Shown: positions 13,011 through 26,796, counted from the first letter of the whole stretch. The stretch is 57,635 nucleotides of DNA, filler included, from Squatina squatina (GCA_031763465.1; 3 parts of 3 records of this genome joined end to end with filler, not necessarily neighbours in it), one strand, 5' to 3'. Translations and numbers: made by a program. Notes: generated from the letters alone by a model not told the origin.

Positions 13011-13897
13011 CTGATGAGCGTACATTTATGATGATTGCACCGTGTTNNNNNNNNNNNNNNNNNNNNNNNNNNNNNNNNNNNNNNNNNNNNNNNNNNNNNN
13101 NNNNNNNNNNNNNNNNNNNNNNNNNNNNNNNNNNNNNNNNNNNNNNCATTTAATGCCAGCCCAATGAGTCATTTATTTTGCAGACCACTCATGTCTCATT
13201 AATTCTATGGGAATTCGGGGGGTTATGTTGGGAAGCCAAAATATAAGACACTGTCTCTCAAGACTATTGGTCAAAACAATTTCATGCCAGCTGTGCAAGT
13301 AAGACAAAAATCCACATTACCTCAGGGAGAATAAGGCAGCAACTTGCTGAACCATGGTCAGATGAAATAACAAAACAAGCAGCTTGTAAGTACAGCTGTG
13401 AAGGTGGCACAAACAACAAAATGAGAACAATTAAAAGACAGGAGTAGGAAAACAGGGATGAGATAAACAAGTAAATCCTGATTGAGTACAGGGAAGCTGA
13501 AAGAACGGAGAGNNNNNNNNNNAAGAGAATGGTATTTTTGGTCTAAAATTACAGTATCACCAAAAGAATCAAAGTCTGTTTTCAGACAAGAAAAAATACA
13601 CTTAAAAGCAGATTTGACAAAATAAAAGACAATCTTCTATCGAATTAAGATATCTAAAGTTCAGATAAGGCATCTCTAAAGACTTAGTTGGTAAGTGTAC
13701 TATCTAGTATAGAACCGGGTCACACAGATCAGAATGGTCCGAGGTTCAGTCATAGTTCCAACTCTTAGTCACTATCGCCCCATGATTATTAAAGTGCCAT
13801 GCTGCATTCAATGAGAATGTCTGTCATACGCAAGTCTGATCATTTACAGCTTTTGGACAATCTCAGCATTGCGTAAGGCTCTTCATGAATTCTTTGA

Positions 13898-14257
13898 GGG
13901 GAATTTTAACCTTAGAAAACAGGTGGGTTTGGAGTGTGGGGGTAGTCAAATTGTTAAAAATGGGATTCCCGTCCTGAACCCACCGCCAACCCGCCCAATT
14001 CTCGTTTTAACGAAGGTGGGGCAAGGAGGCAGGATGGGGGGTGGGTGACCAACCTGCTCCCAATGGGAGCAGAACATCAATTTAAATATTGTAATGAGGC
14101 TGGAAGCTTCTTTTTAAACCTCCATTTTGAACTTGGCTGCATGTGGATGGGTTTCACACAATTCATGAAACCCGGAAGTTAAACCGAGGCAGGGACTGCT
14201 GGATCTAGGAGGTAAGTGGCTTTATACCTACCTCCTGGATCCAGGGTCCCTAACTAA
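13898..14257. mobile_element. Left part of a MITE-like repeat
   Basis: Begins ggggaattttaac, is GC-rich with cccgcc motifs, and ends at a gap. Confidence 0.45.
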
Positions 14258-15849
14258 NNNNNNNNNNNNNNNNNNNNNNNNNNNNNNNNNNNNNNNNNNN
14301 NNNNNNNNNNNNNNNNNNNNNNNNNNNNNNNNNNNNNNNNNNNNNNNNNNNNNNNNNAAGCAGATCCTTTCTATAACAAATTGTTCGAAGGCGTTTGCCA
14401 GTGGCCCTGTTTAATTTGCCCGAAAAGGCTTCTTCCATTTTGGTGGCTATGTGCCTTGCTTTCACTAATCATTTTCCCAAATGTCTGACTAGAAGCAGAT
14501 ACCCTAGCTAACAGCCCTTATCCTACACCAAGGTATTACATTACCAGATGGTTTACACACTCCATTTTAATTTAAATAAAACAGGTCTCCTCCCCACCCC
14601 TCTATTTTGTACAAGTCTTAGAATTAAATTTCTGCATTAATTTTTGCATTCATTAGCTCTGGCTCCTGGTAATGTGCTATTGTTGGCAGCTACATGACAT
14701 TTGTTTAAATTAAGGAATTACAGCTTTGTTATATGTACTATTTGTTGTGTACCACACAGACTCAGCTTTTTTGTTGGTTAAGAATTTGATGACAACTGTC
14801 CAAATCAAAGCACTGACTGCCATTTACCCCATATTATTCAAGTCAAAATATACAGCCATCTTCAAAATAATCTTAGTGTGATTAAAGGGCAGTTAGCCAA
14901 CCACCTCACTCCACAAATTTGTTTTGAGATGTTAAATGCTACAACTGTTGCTTACACATTTTGTGTGATTTTTAGCCATTAAATTGATGGTTTTATTCTG
15001 AAAATAAATTTTTAAATAGCATGATATTTTGGACAATTCTGTTATATAATAGACCAAAAATGGATTGGTAAATAAAACATTGAGGCTAAAGTTTATGTCA
15101 GAGTTTTTTTTCAAATAAATTATTTTATGGGAGTTGAAGAAATATTCAGTCAGTGAAAGGCAACTCTGGAGCCCTCAATTGCCTTAAACAGACAAAAGTA
15201 CTGTGAGGAGACTACTAGGGCTGATTGTAATTAATAAAGATCATCACACTGAATGTTAATGAAACAAAGTGCTCAAGATAAACAACATAATTCCCAGATG
15301 TTTGGAGCTCTCAATAAAGCTAATGCGGCTAGACTGCTACCACCTGCAGTCTCAACTTAGATCTTCAATTCTTACGCGGTGAGGTGCTGATATACAATTG
15401 ACCTCATGTGCCCCAAGGAACAAATTGCTGGTTATCTTCTAGCTTAAATCAATCAAACTGAGGTGGCACTAGAATTTATAGCAACAGGAAAATATTGACT
15501 ATCCCCATTCATGCAGGACATGTGAATGAAGGAAGATAAAGGCAGCTATTTCAGTGGCTTCTGAACAAGGATCTACTGTAAAATGTGATGCAGAAGAAAC
15601 TTGTTTTGCATTGGTTTAATAATAATTACTGTGAAGAGTCATACTTGATCAGGAATGAAGGAATTGTTCTCCAATGATCACGACCGCCAAAATAATTTTA
15701 AAACGATGAATTACCTTTTCAACTTTTTTTCTACTGAATAAATTTTCACAAAAAAATGTGGTCATTCTTCATACATCACTCCCATACAGTCTCAATCTGC
15801 CAGAAAAGCAGATTAGTCTTGGCAACAGAAAGATAGAAAGACTTGCTGG

Positions 15850-15908
15850 ACATCTCAAAGTGCTTTACAGCCAATGAAGTACTTTTGGAGTGTTCACTGT
15901 TGTAACGC
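15850..15908 (-). mobile_element. 3' tail of a SacSINE1-like SINE
   Basis: caaagtgctttacagccaatgaagtacttttggagtgttcactgttgtaa matches the tail at about 913-965. Confidence 0.7.
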
Positions 15909-16339
15909 NNNNNNNNNNNNNNNNNNNNNNNNNNNNNNNNNNNNNNNNNNNNNNNNNNNNNNNNNNNNNNNNNNNNNNNNNNNNNNNNNNNNNNNNNNNN
16001 NNNNNNNNCTTACCAAATAGAATGCAGTGCAAGTAATTAGAAGGCAAAACTGAAACATTACATCTGGAAGGAGAAATAAACTGGCAGAAGGAATTGGCCC
16101 ATTTCCATTGTAAATCTGCATGTACATCTTGCATCTCTGCAATGTCAAGATGAGCCATATAACTGAAGCCAAACTAGGATCTGTTTGACATTTTGCATTG
16201 AATGTGAAACTACCAGGAGGTAGTCTGAGACCAGTTTGGCTTTCCACCAGTTACTTCTACCACAACTAGTACAAAGCTAACTTTTAAGGTATACATGTGC
16301 ATATTGTCAAACTAGCGGGTATAATTTAACTACGCCCTT

Positions 16340-16545
16340 ACATTTCGCCTCCTGAGACTTGAGCTTTAAATCCAGTCCAGACTGATGGAGTAATACTCCC
16401 CTGTTTCTGCAGCTGTAAAGATCCTAAATTAAGTTTAGACAGTCGTAACCTAGTTCCTTGTAGACATGATTTCATAGCACAAAACTGTCTAATCTGGTAC
16501 AGATTGGCAGTTTTGCAGAGAGAGGCTGTAGGAATGCTGACGTGG
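16340..16545 (+). mobile_element. Degenerate LF-SINE-like element
   Basis: Colinear blocks resembling the recalled LF-SINE consensus: tttcgcctc, aaatccagtccag, ctagttccttgtagac, cacaaaac, ctggtacagattggca and agagaggc. Confidence 0.55.
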
Positions 16546-18369
16546 GAAATGGAAAAATTCACACTAGTGCAGCAGGGAGTATCCTACTGACGTTGGAGGT
16601 GAGTTATGTTGTTCGGGCAGGGAAGAAGGTCTGTTTTGTCTGCATTTGGCCAATGAGACATCTAATATTGGGAGTGTTTGTTGGCAACACTGGGTAGCAA
16701 AAGTGGAAGGGTTTGATTTTTTTTTTTCTGAAATTGGAGTTGCGTGAATGTAAATTGGGTTGATGTGATTTTACTCCACACACCATTAAATCCTAATGTG
16801 TGCCTCGAACAAGCATTTTGTTAATTTACAGAATTTTATGACCCTAGGTAATGTAAAGTTTCCTCATTGAGGCTATTCAGGAAAAATATAGAAATCAAAG
16901 GATTGATTTCCTGAGGAATGCTGTTAGCTGCTTTTCTCATCTCCTTAAAAACAGCCCTTTTATAATCTCCCTGCTTTTTTTTTTGTGTAGCTATTTTTCA
17001 AACCATTTCGCTGACTCCCTTAGTCATCACCTCTGCTACCACNNNNNNNNNNNNNNNNNNNNNNNNNNNNNNNNNNNNNNNNNNNNNNNNNNNNNNNNNN
17101 NNNNNNNNNNNNNNNNNNNNNNNNNNNNNNNNNNNNNNNNNNATGTGCATCCTTTGTGCTTGAAAGATCTGAAATGAAGAATATGGAGGTGTGACTTAAG
17201 CAGTAGATATCTTTTTTCATTAAATTAGCATTCTCTAAATCCATCTTCAATTTTTTTTTCATAGTCTGATTTCAGATGAATGTGGAGTTAATGAGTCTAA
17301 CTAGATATTTCTTTCACGTCTTTGTTTGGCAGATTATGAATTTGTCTACTTCCATTTCCTCCAACTCCAATAAAGTGTCATTGTTGATTATGGAACTGCA
17401 CATCACACTAATGAGTCTGAAATTCTAATTTGGCTATTCTTGACACTTCTTTCCATCAGAAAGCCCATCCAACAGATGTACTATTGTCGTGGTGCCATCA
17501 CTCAACAAAGATCTTGTTTATACGCCATATAGTTTCTATGTAATTTATAACCAGCTCCTTGAGTTTTATATTTAAAATATATAAATTTATATTTGGTTGC
17601 AGGAACAAAACTCCCATTTGATGTTTGTTTGATAATTAGTGAGTGATTCTTGGTGTATATTTCCAATAATGATCCTTTAGTGCAAAACTACCTGTCTGTT
17701 TGGAGTGCCATTCTGCAACAAACTATAGAAGAGCTCTTCACAGAAGTGTTATTTTTGTACATTGCATGACTGTTTCAGAAACTATATAACGTGCAGAATA
17801 CTTTATGTAAAGTACTTTTCATTTCCCACTTCCCAAACAGTAAATGTCAAATCTAAAATTCATTAGAACTGTAATCATGCAGATTTTCTCAACATTAGAA
17901 TTTTTCAAATGTAATGATATCTATTGGATTAAAAAATAATTTTGTTTTCATTTAAACTCTTTTATGTTGGTCAAAGCAGGCCTCACACCGGCTTTTACAA
18001 GTAGTAAGAATATCACAGGCATCGCTGAGCAGTAGTTGGGCAAACATCCCAACTCTCCACTCCGCGGATGCCCTTTTCCCAGGAGGGGTACACTCTGTCA
18101 AGAAGATTCCTGTATTTTTGTGCTTACAACAAGATTGGTGATGCAGCAATGCATCTAATGCAAAGTATTCTTCATACCCACAGGTGCTGTACCTGCTGCA
18201 GAATACACACTGAAACCAGCGATTTGTGCAAGTATATAATTTCCATTGAATTAAACAGAGAGTCCTCTCNNNNNNNNNNNNNNNNNNNNNNNNNNNNNNN
18301 NNNNNNNNNNNNNNNNNNNNNNNNNNNNNNNNNNNNNNNNNNNNNNNNNNNNNNNNNNNNNNNNNNNNN

Positions 18370-18582
18370 GCCTGTAATGGGGTGGAAGGCAGAAGAGATT
18401 AAGAGACATTAATAGATCGTGCAAGGCAAAAGGAGATGGTAATGGGACAGGTTATGAAACAAAAGATGAGTCTTGATAGGGTGTGAATGGAGATGGCAGA
18501 ATCATCAAGAGCTGCTGTGGGAGGGAGAGAAGTAAAAACTGAAAAAAATAAAATAGGGGCAGAGGTTATGGTTTGAAATGCT
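18370..18582 (-). mobile_element. Penelope-like element 3' region fragment
   Basis: Purine-rich stretch ending in ggggcagaggttatggtttgaaatgctg, resembling shark PLE sequence downstream of the GIY-YIG region (recalled). Confidence 0.45.
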
Positions 18583-20144
18583 GGTATTGTTTGTCCTTTT
18601 TTTCAGGCTTGTATTGGTGCTGTTGCCGCCCATGCTACCATTGACATGTCTTTACTTCTTTCTGCTGACACCGTTGTTCNNNNNNNNNNCTTTGTTCTTT
18701 TGTTTCCTCATCTTGCTGGCACCCTTGCTCCTTTACTTCCTGTTCATGCCTGCACTGTTCTTTTTCCTCCCCACACCAGTCTGCACTGTTCAGCTTCAAG
18801 ACGACAACGATTTTCCTTTACTGGCAGACAAGCCAATTCTAATTCAAGCTAAGCTCTTGAACACAACGACAAAAGCTCCTTTCCACTGACACTGGAGAAA
18901 TACTTGAATACAAAGAATATAAAAGGATTTGGGCCGATGGCAGGGAAATTAGATGACAGTTGTTAGCTCCAGTTGAAGAGCCAGCACCTCCTTTTGTAGT
19001 GCTATTTCTATCATTCCGTTAAATAATATTTACCCTGTTTAAAAGCATATAAAATACAGAAATGTTTCCCTATTTATTGCAGGATGCATGCTGAGCTTTT
19101 ATCACAATTACCAACAGTGGTTTCTCGGCAATGGTTTGAAATGAACTTATATTGAACAGCAGTGTATTTATCTGTTTTATCTTATGATTTGCATTGAATG
19201 GGAATAAAGTAGATACGCTAACTCCCTATAGACCAATTTGTTTAAAAGCTGTTTACAGACTCCGACAATAAAAGTACACAGAAAGTCTGACATTGTTCCT
19301 TTACATCTCTTTATTCTACAGAAATAGTTTCCAACTTTATCTCTGAAAGGATCTGATGTACAAAGTGCCAAAAGAAGCCTTTCAGGTTCAGAAGAAAAAC
19401 TTTATAGATTTGGCATTAAGCTGAAATTTCTGAAAGAGGTTTTTGGCAAAACATAGCCTGAGGCAGGGAACTACGTAAGGAGCAAGCTTACTATCAACAA
19501 CTCTAGTGACTAAATCTAGCAACTATCTTTCTTATGACAAAAGATTACGATCCAAAAGACAGTCCACCAGAGAAATTAAGCTTTGTTTCCTTTGGCTTTG
19601 ATCAACTAGCTTCTCCTAGACTTGCACAGACAATCAAACAGCCAACCTCCGCAGCTAAAGCCAATCTTAATCTCAATGGGAGATTTTCTAAAGTTTCAAA
19701 GGAATTCCTCTGGGAAGAGTGAATCTTTGATTTGGAATTTCTTTAACAAGCAAATCTGGAGTGTACAAATTAGCTTTAGAAAGATATTTTTCTCTGTTTT
19801 AACTCTGGACATTGTCTTTAGCCCCATTTACAGAGGTATTTTCAAAGCGTGTCCTGAATTGACACAGGAAGCAACATGCTGAAGTATATTAAATGGTATG
19901 ATCATTATACACCTTTAAACAAAAGAGATGAAGGGGTTCATTTAAAATTTACTATCCTTCTTTAATTTTAGAAGTTTGATAAATGTATCTATAAATGTAA
20001 GAGCAGAAAATCTAACTTCATCACAATTTTAATGTAATTTTATAATACAGAGGCTTTATCTGTTAATCAGTTAGAATTCATTAGTCAGTGGACAATTTTA
20101 TGTCATCATCACCCCATGACAGTCTCTTTGGTTGTTGTGAGTGG

Positions 20145-20357
20145 AACAGTCTAACTCACATAGACTTCCACAGATAAGAGGTCGGCCATTTAAGACTGAG
20201 ATGAGCAGGTATCTCTTCACTCAGAGGGTTGTGAGTCTTTGGAATTCTCTACCCCAAAGGGCTGTGGATGCTGAGTCGTCGATTATATTCAAGGCTGAGA
20301 TAGATAGATTTTTGGACTACAGGGGAATCATGGGATATGGGGATCAGGCGGGAAATG
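20145..20357 (+). mobile_element. CR1 LINE 3' fragment
   Basis: IRGRPFKTEMSRYLFTQRVVSLWNSLPQRAVDAES...FKAEIDRFLD. Confidence 0.9.
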
Positions 20358-21221
20358 GTATCGTTAAAAATAAAAGTATAGTTAAAAATGTATGAAAAGT
20401 CTAATTGAAGATGAAAATAACCCTCTGTTATATGACAAGGAACAAGCCTACAGAAGTTCCAAATGAATATAAGGCTTGGTAGTGTTAACACTAGCCTCTA
20501 TTCATATAGAATGTTAATGAGAAAATGTCTGGTTTTGACCTGATTTATAAATAATAGTATGATCTGTTGAGAAAATTGACCATTTGTCCTGTTAGACTAC
20601 AGCATCTCATTTTTGGAAAAGACGCAAACTCTGATGGAGGGGTGAAATGACACCATCCAGCAACATGTCCTAACTCAATCCGNNNNNNNNNNNNNNNNNN
20701 NNNNNNNNNNNNNNNNNNNNNNNNNNNNNNNNNNNNNNNNNNNNNNNNNNNNNNNNNNNNNNNNNNNNNNNNNNNNNNNNNNATCCTTACAATATGTTTT
20801 AGATAAATAAATATCCAGTGCCTATTTTACAGCTGTTTCTCATAATAAATGCAGAATCTGCAGTTTCTAAATCAGGTCATGTACAACAATGAAGTCACAG
20901 TGAAACCAAGCCACCCTCCTCCAGCCAGTTTGATTGATTAATAAGAGGCACAATACTGATTAGTGGCCAAATGAGTTTTCCAGTAACGTAAAGAAACATA
21001 GACATCTGTGTGGTGTAGCGTATCAAGAATACCCCTTTGCAACCTGAAATTAAACCCAGTAGAGGCAGAAAAAAAATGGAAGTTTCCTGCTCCTAGTGCG
21101 TGATAAGAATCATAGCTGAAAGAAAGTGCACAGCCTTGTATTCCCATTCACTTGACAACTCCTATTTACTTTACAGGTTTTTGAAGCAAAAACCACAGTT
21201 GCAAGCAGTTCTGCAAAGTAC

Positions 21222-21592
21222 GTCAGCTGTAGCTCAGAGGTAGCACTTGCACATCTGAGTCAGAGGGTTGTGGGTTCAAGCCCCACTCTGGGGACTTGAG
21301 CACATAATCCAGGCTGACACTTCAGTGTAATACTGAGGGAATGCTGCACTGGCAGAAGTTCCAGATTTCAGATGAGATATTAAACTGAGGCCCCATCTTC
21401 CCTCTCAGGTAGATGTAAAAGATCCCATAGCTCTATTTCGAAGAAGAGCAGGGGGGTTCAACCCAGTGTTGTAGCCAATATTTATCCCTTAACCAACACA
21501 AAATGAAAATCTGGTCATTGTTGTTTGTGGAACCTTGTTTTTTGCAAATTGACTGCCACATTTCCTACATTATAACAATGACTATACTTCAA
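21222..21592 (+). mobile_element. Near-complete SacSINE1-like DeuSINE (tRNA head plus Deu domain)
   Basis: tRNA-like head with A and B boxes, then the Deu-domain-like core cagatgagatattaaactgagg...taaaagatcccatagc...cgaagaagagcagggg...gccaatatttatccct, then the shared tail. Confidence 0.8.
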
Positions 21593-23237
21593 CAATGTTC
21601 CCGATAGCTGCACGGCTGTGCAGCTTTCTACCGGTTCTGTGTAGCCCAAGACCGGCTTTTGCAATGTTAAAGTTCATGCACGCGCGAAACTGTGAATGGA
21701 CCGCGGAGCACCTTAAAGGAGCCACACATCCAAAAAAATAATTATGGGGAACGTTGCACTTCAAATGTACTTNNNNNNNNNNNNNNNNNNNNNNNNNNNN
21801 NNNNNNNNNNNNNNNNNNNNNNNNNNNNNNNNNNNNNNNNNNNNNNNNNNNNNNNNNNNNNNNNNNNNNNNNTCCAGGAAGACATCCAATTTAGAGTTTG
21901 CATTCTGCGAACCAGGACAATCTGGTACAAAGCAATTGCATTGCTGAAGATGTTGTTATTCATTAAGCAGATTGACTCTGTCGCAGCTTTTACATGCCTT
22001 GCACATTCACTTGCCTGAATCAACTTGATTGCTGTTTGTATATATTTGTTAAACATATTTATACATATTTATCCCAGCTAAAGCTAAAAGCTAGTTCACA
22101 TTGGGTTTTTGCTCCAAGGATCTAACAAGTGAAACACAGTGGATTACAAGAGTGAATGCAGCTAAAGCACAGATCAGTGATATTTCTAATCCCCCACTTC
22201 ACTGCGTCTATCAAACAACGGCTATCATTTAGAATTTATGATTTTAACCACCATTTGTGAACTAGAGAATAAAGTTGTGTAATACATTCTCTCTCTAGTT
22301 TCTTTTTTGGGATTCCTACATTTTCCCAGAAAGTGCTATTGTCAAATTCCAATGTCACAATTCACAGTAAAATAACAACATCATTGATCAGACCATAGCC
22401 ACAATTAATTGTGCAGAATCATCATTTGCATTGTAAGTGCAAGTATGATCTTTCTTATGACTCACTTTATCAAGCAAATTTCATACGATATACCACAACA
22501 AGTTTGCTTTGTTTAACTTGCAGCATGTAGAATTCCTCAAACTGATTCCTTTACAATCCACATAACCACGTGTCACATCTCATACTTGAGAAGCCCTCAG
22601 GCAATGCGTCCGTATTTCTCCTATGATGCAGGAGGACATGTCATTTAATGAAAGGCAGACAAGTTTCATTTGTGAAAGTGACAAACACTCTCGCTGCTCG
22701 GCCCTAGTGTTCCAAGGCAGTCTCTTCATGCTGCTTGGTTTATATGTTTATGCTGTTGTGGTAGCTGGCACTCACATCTGCCAACCAATATTTGCACAAT
22801 GAATTTTGTCAGTTCCCTTATTTTGTGGTAAGAGCACCTCCTATTGACTGAGTTGCTGAGCGCTGGGGATTAGAATTCGCAGTTCAGTTTAGGAGGTCAT
22901 AAACTTTGTGTTTAAGAGCCAAATCAAAATTCAATTGCCATTGTACCCGCTGGCATTCCTAACTACCAAGAGTACAGGACATGAGGGATATTAGGCTCTA
23001 TATGTAAGGAGAAATTATTCTACTGACGGGGACGTTCATAATGACAGTTTCACAAAATAACCTCCTTTAAATTTGTGCATGCAGTAAAATATGGCCCATG
23101 TTTTCTCTTCCTCTTAAATCTTCAGGGTAAATAATTTTCAATGCAGAGCTCAAATACTTATCTCCAAACAAAATTGTCAACGGAAATGGCCATATGCTCT
23201 GTCACTGCCTACCACTCATACATTGCCAAAACACTTT

Positions 23238-23356
23238 GGGTGCCCAATTCATGATTTTCTTTTGGCGCTAAACTGGCATTAAATGGGTGTTTAGGGCGGC
23301 TAATTCGTGGTAAAACTTCTAGCGCGAAAGTGGCGCAAAACTGGCGTTAAGCCACT
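23238..23356. mobile_element. Left end of a GC-rich MITE
   Basis: Starts gggtgcccaattc, contains repeated ggcgc motifs and is truncated by a gap. Confidence 0.45.
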
Positions 23357-26300
23357 NNNNNNNNNNNNNNNNNNNNNNNNNNNNNNNNNNNNNNNNNNNN
23401 NNNNNNNNNNNNNNNNNNNNNNNNNNNNNNNNNNNNNNNNNNNNNNNNNNNNNNNNAGATGGCAATCTGTTCATTGTTGTGCTAACACAATTCTTATTAT
23501 GGGCAACCTGACTGAGGTTCTGTCAGCTTGCTGAATATCTCTAGATTTTCATTATACTGTTGATATTTTAGTCATTATTACCTGACCATTTCAATGTCAG
23601 TAGATGCTGGTATTTTGCTGTTTGTTCTTATGAAACTGTAAAAATCTTTAACCAAGAGTAAAATTCAAAGTCCCTAAATATGGTTTCCATTTCGGGTTTG
23701 TTTAAAGTGTCATTTTCCGTTACTGCTTGCGTGCTACAAGCCAGATGGATTAGCAAGAGTCATTTTCTGAATTTTAATGCACTAAGTTTACATAAGTTCA
23801 GCTAATTTTCCAGTGGAAATGGGAATGTGTTTAGTTACTGTTTATTTACCAAAATGGCTTCAACATTTAAAAGTTACACATTTCTACAGCAAGTCTTATT
23901 GGAATAAATCTGTTAGTCACACTGGTCGACCTAAATTGGATACATGTGAAATTGCGTTCACATCCTAAATTATGCCTCACCATGTCTGCACTAAAGCCGA
24001 GAAAATGACAATCTAAAACAAAAGTCTTCTTTTACTTCTTGATCAGTCTTATTTTTTGCTGCCTAGGTGGCCTATGACCTTGCAAAATGTCTGCAATTAC
24101 AGCCTCGGATAAGGTCAGTAACAGGACACTGGAACCTATTCCATTAGGGGTTATTGCGTGGCGCATACATACATTTAAGTATACTNNNNNNNNNNNNNNN
24201 NNNNNNNNNNNNNNNNNNNNNNNNNNNNNNNNNNNNNNNNNNNNNNNNNNNNNNNNNNNNNNNNNNNNNNNNNNNNNNNNNNNNNAAAACTTGCGTCGTA
24301 TCTTCCTTTATTCTTTCAATGTTTTTTTATGAGGAAGAATAATTGCAACTCACTTACTCTGTCTTCATGTTGTCCATATAATTGTATCTCCATTTAATGT
24401 CAACATCAATCAATTGCAAAACACAGACTACAGAATATGGAATATGCGTTCAGTGTCCCTCCACTCATATTGACGATATGTCATAATACTGTCCCAAGTA
24501 ATCAGAGAAGTTTGGAGACAACCCATACAAATCTCCTGGGCCTTTAAATGTTAAACAGAGCTTTTCATGAAGGAACACCTCATTATCCCTGATGTCTCAT
24601 GTCCTACAGTAAATTGCGTGATTTGACCTACCTATCAATAAATGCTATTGGAGGCTTTGGAGATTTGGCAGCGTTCTGAGCTTTCGGTCAGAAGCCACAA
24701 ATTACAAACAGAGAGAATAACAATTCTCCTAGTTAAATTCAGTACAGATCCCAGAGCTCTGATGTTCACTGAGTACTGGTGCCAGCCTCTATTGCAGCAT
24801 CATTTCCTGCAATTAACTGGAGGCCTTTGCAATAAATATCTAATTGAAATAAAACATAAGGCCATCTTTGATTTTATACAGCCTCATTAATTCCAAGCTG
24901 CTCGTCTCTCTTTAAAGTTCTACCTGGCTTTCCAAAATCTCTATTTTTCTTACTTTCATTTTGTGTTCTGATGATGAATATTATGCTTTTTAACAGGATG
25001 AATATTGGAGTTCAGAGCCTGGGAAAGGAACACTGGCCCCATTTTATACTTAAGGTCAATTTATGCTACAGCATTGTCTCCAAGTATAAGAACACTATTG
25101 GGGTATAAATGATACTGTATAAATGATGCTGAAACATCCTGGAAAGGTGTTTTCAATTTCTGCCCTGATTCAAACTCTGGTAGAAAAAAGATGAACAGCA
25201 TAGTAGATTATCATCAAGTGAGAGCTACATACTTGNNNNNNNNNNNNNNNNNNNNNNNNNNNNNNNNNNNNNNNNNNNNNNNNNNNNNNNNNNNNNNNNN
25301 NNNNNNNNNNNNNNNNNNNNNNNNNNNNNNNNNNNNNNNNNNNNNNNNNNNNNNNNNNNNNNNNNNNNNNNNNNNNNNNNNNNNNNNNNNNNNNNNNNNN
25401 NNNNNNNNNNNNNNNNNNNNNNNNNNNNNNNNNNNNNNNNNNNNNNNNNNNNNNNNNNNNNNNNNNNNNNNNNNNNNNNNNNNNNNNNNNNNNNNNNNNN
25501 NNNNNNNNNNNNNNNNNNNNNNNNNNNNNNNNNNNNNNNNNNNNNNNNNNNNNNNNNNNNNNNNNNNNNNNNNNNNNNNNNNNNNNNNNNNNNNNNNNNN
25601 NNNNNNNNNNNNNNNNNNNNNNNNNNNNNNNNNNNNNNNNNNNNNNNNNNNNNNNNNNNNNNNNNNNNNNNNNNNNNNNNNNNNNNNNNNNNNNNNNNNN
25701 NNNNNNNNNNNNNNNNNNNNNNNNNNNNNNNNNNNNNNNNNNNNNNNNNNNNNNNNNNNNNNNNNNNNNNNNNNNNNNNNNNNNNNNNNNNNNNNNNNNN
25801 NNNNNNNNNNNNNNNNNNNNNNNNNNNNNNNNNNNNNNNNNNNNNNNNNNNNNNNNNNNNNNNNNNNNNNNNNNNNNNNNNNNNNNNNNNNNNNNNNNNN
25901 NNNNNNNNNNNNNNNNNNNNNNNNNNNNNNNNNNNNNNNNNNNNNNNNNNNNNNNNNNNNNNNNNNNNNNNNNNNNNNNNNNNNNNNNNNNNNNNNNNCT
26001 TGCTTTAGTAAAAATGTCAAGGCCACGAAAACAGTGCTGAAGAGATTCACTAAGGCGGGATGGAAAATCATGGAGACTCAAATTGTGTGCAATTTTTGAA
26101 TAGAAATAAAAATCAGGAGAGATGTAAAACAGGCTGCCAATACACTATCATCTGTCTTACACTGCTGCAAAGTTCAAAATTACCCTCAACAAATTGGCAA
26201 TGCACATCCCATCAATCGTAAAATCCAGGTCAAGCTCATACTTAAATGGGTAAACCTTTACCTTTAATGTTTAGGTAATGTATGGTAAGTAAAGAAACAT

Positions 26301-26796
26301 AGTGAAATATAATAATTTACTGCATAAATTTCCTGTGTTACAACTTACATTACGTAATGTATGCATAGCATTTCACTTCTGTGGTCATAAAAACATTTTA
26401 AAAAGTCAGTTAAATGAAAATAGCCAGATACAGACTATTGAACATGTACCTTCTAATGTGAGCTTTAATATATGCGCCTGTAAACCTCTATCGTTGGAAC
26501 TTATCAGAATGACATCAAATACTGTCATAGCCAGTGTAAAGAAAAATTGCTTCACTTAATATTGGCTAATGTTGAAAAAGCTTCTATTGTGTGGGGTGAT
26601 TTCTTGTCATTTATAGATTTTTCAGTTTTGACAATTGTTGTGTGTTACTTAAGAAGCAAATAATAGGCTCTTTGACCCTTTCCCAAAATCAAGCCANNNN
26701 NNNNNNNNNNNNNNNNNNNNNNNNNNNNNNNNNNNNNNNNNNNNNNNNNNNNNNNNNNNNNNNNNNNNNNNNNNNNNNNNNNNNNNNNNNNNNNNN

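Noticed and set aside
25170-26099. ORFs of about 300 aa in the track (also 42857-43771)
   Set aside because: They are almost entirely N-gap, with no coding evidence.
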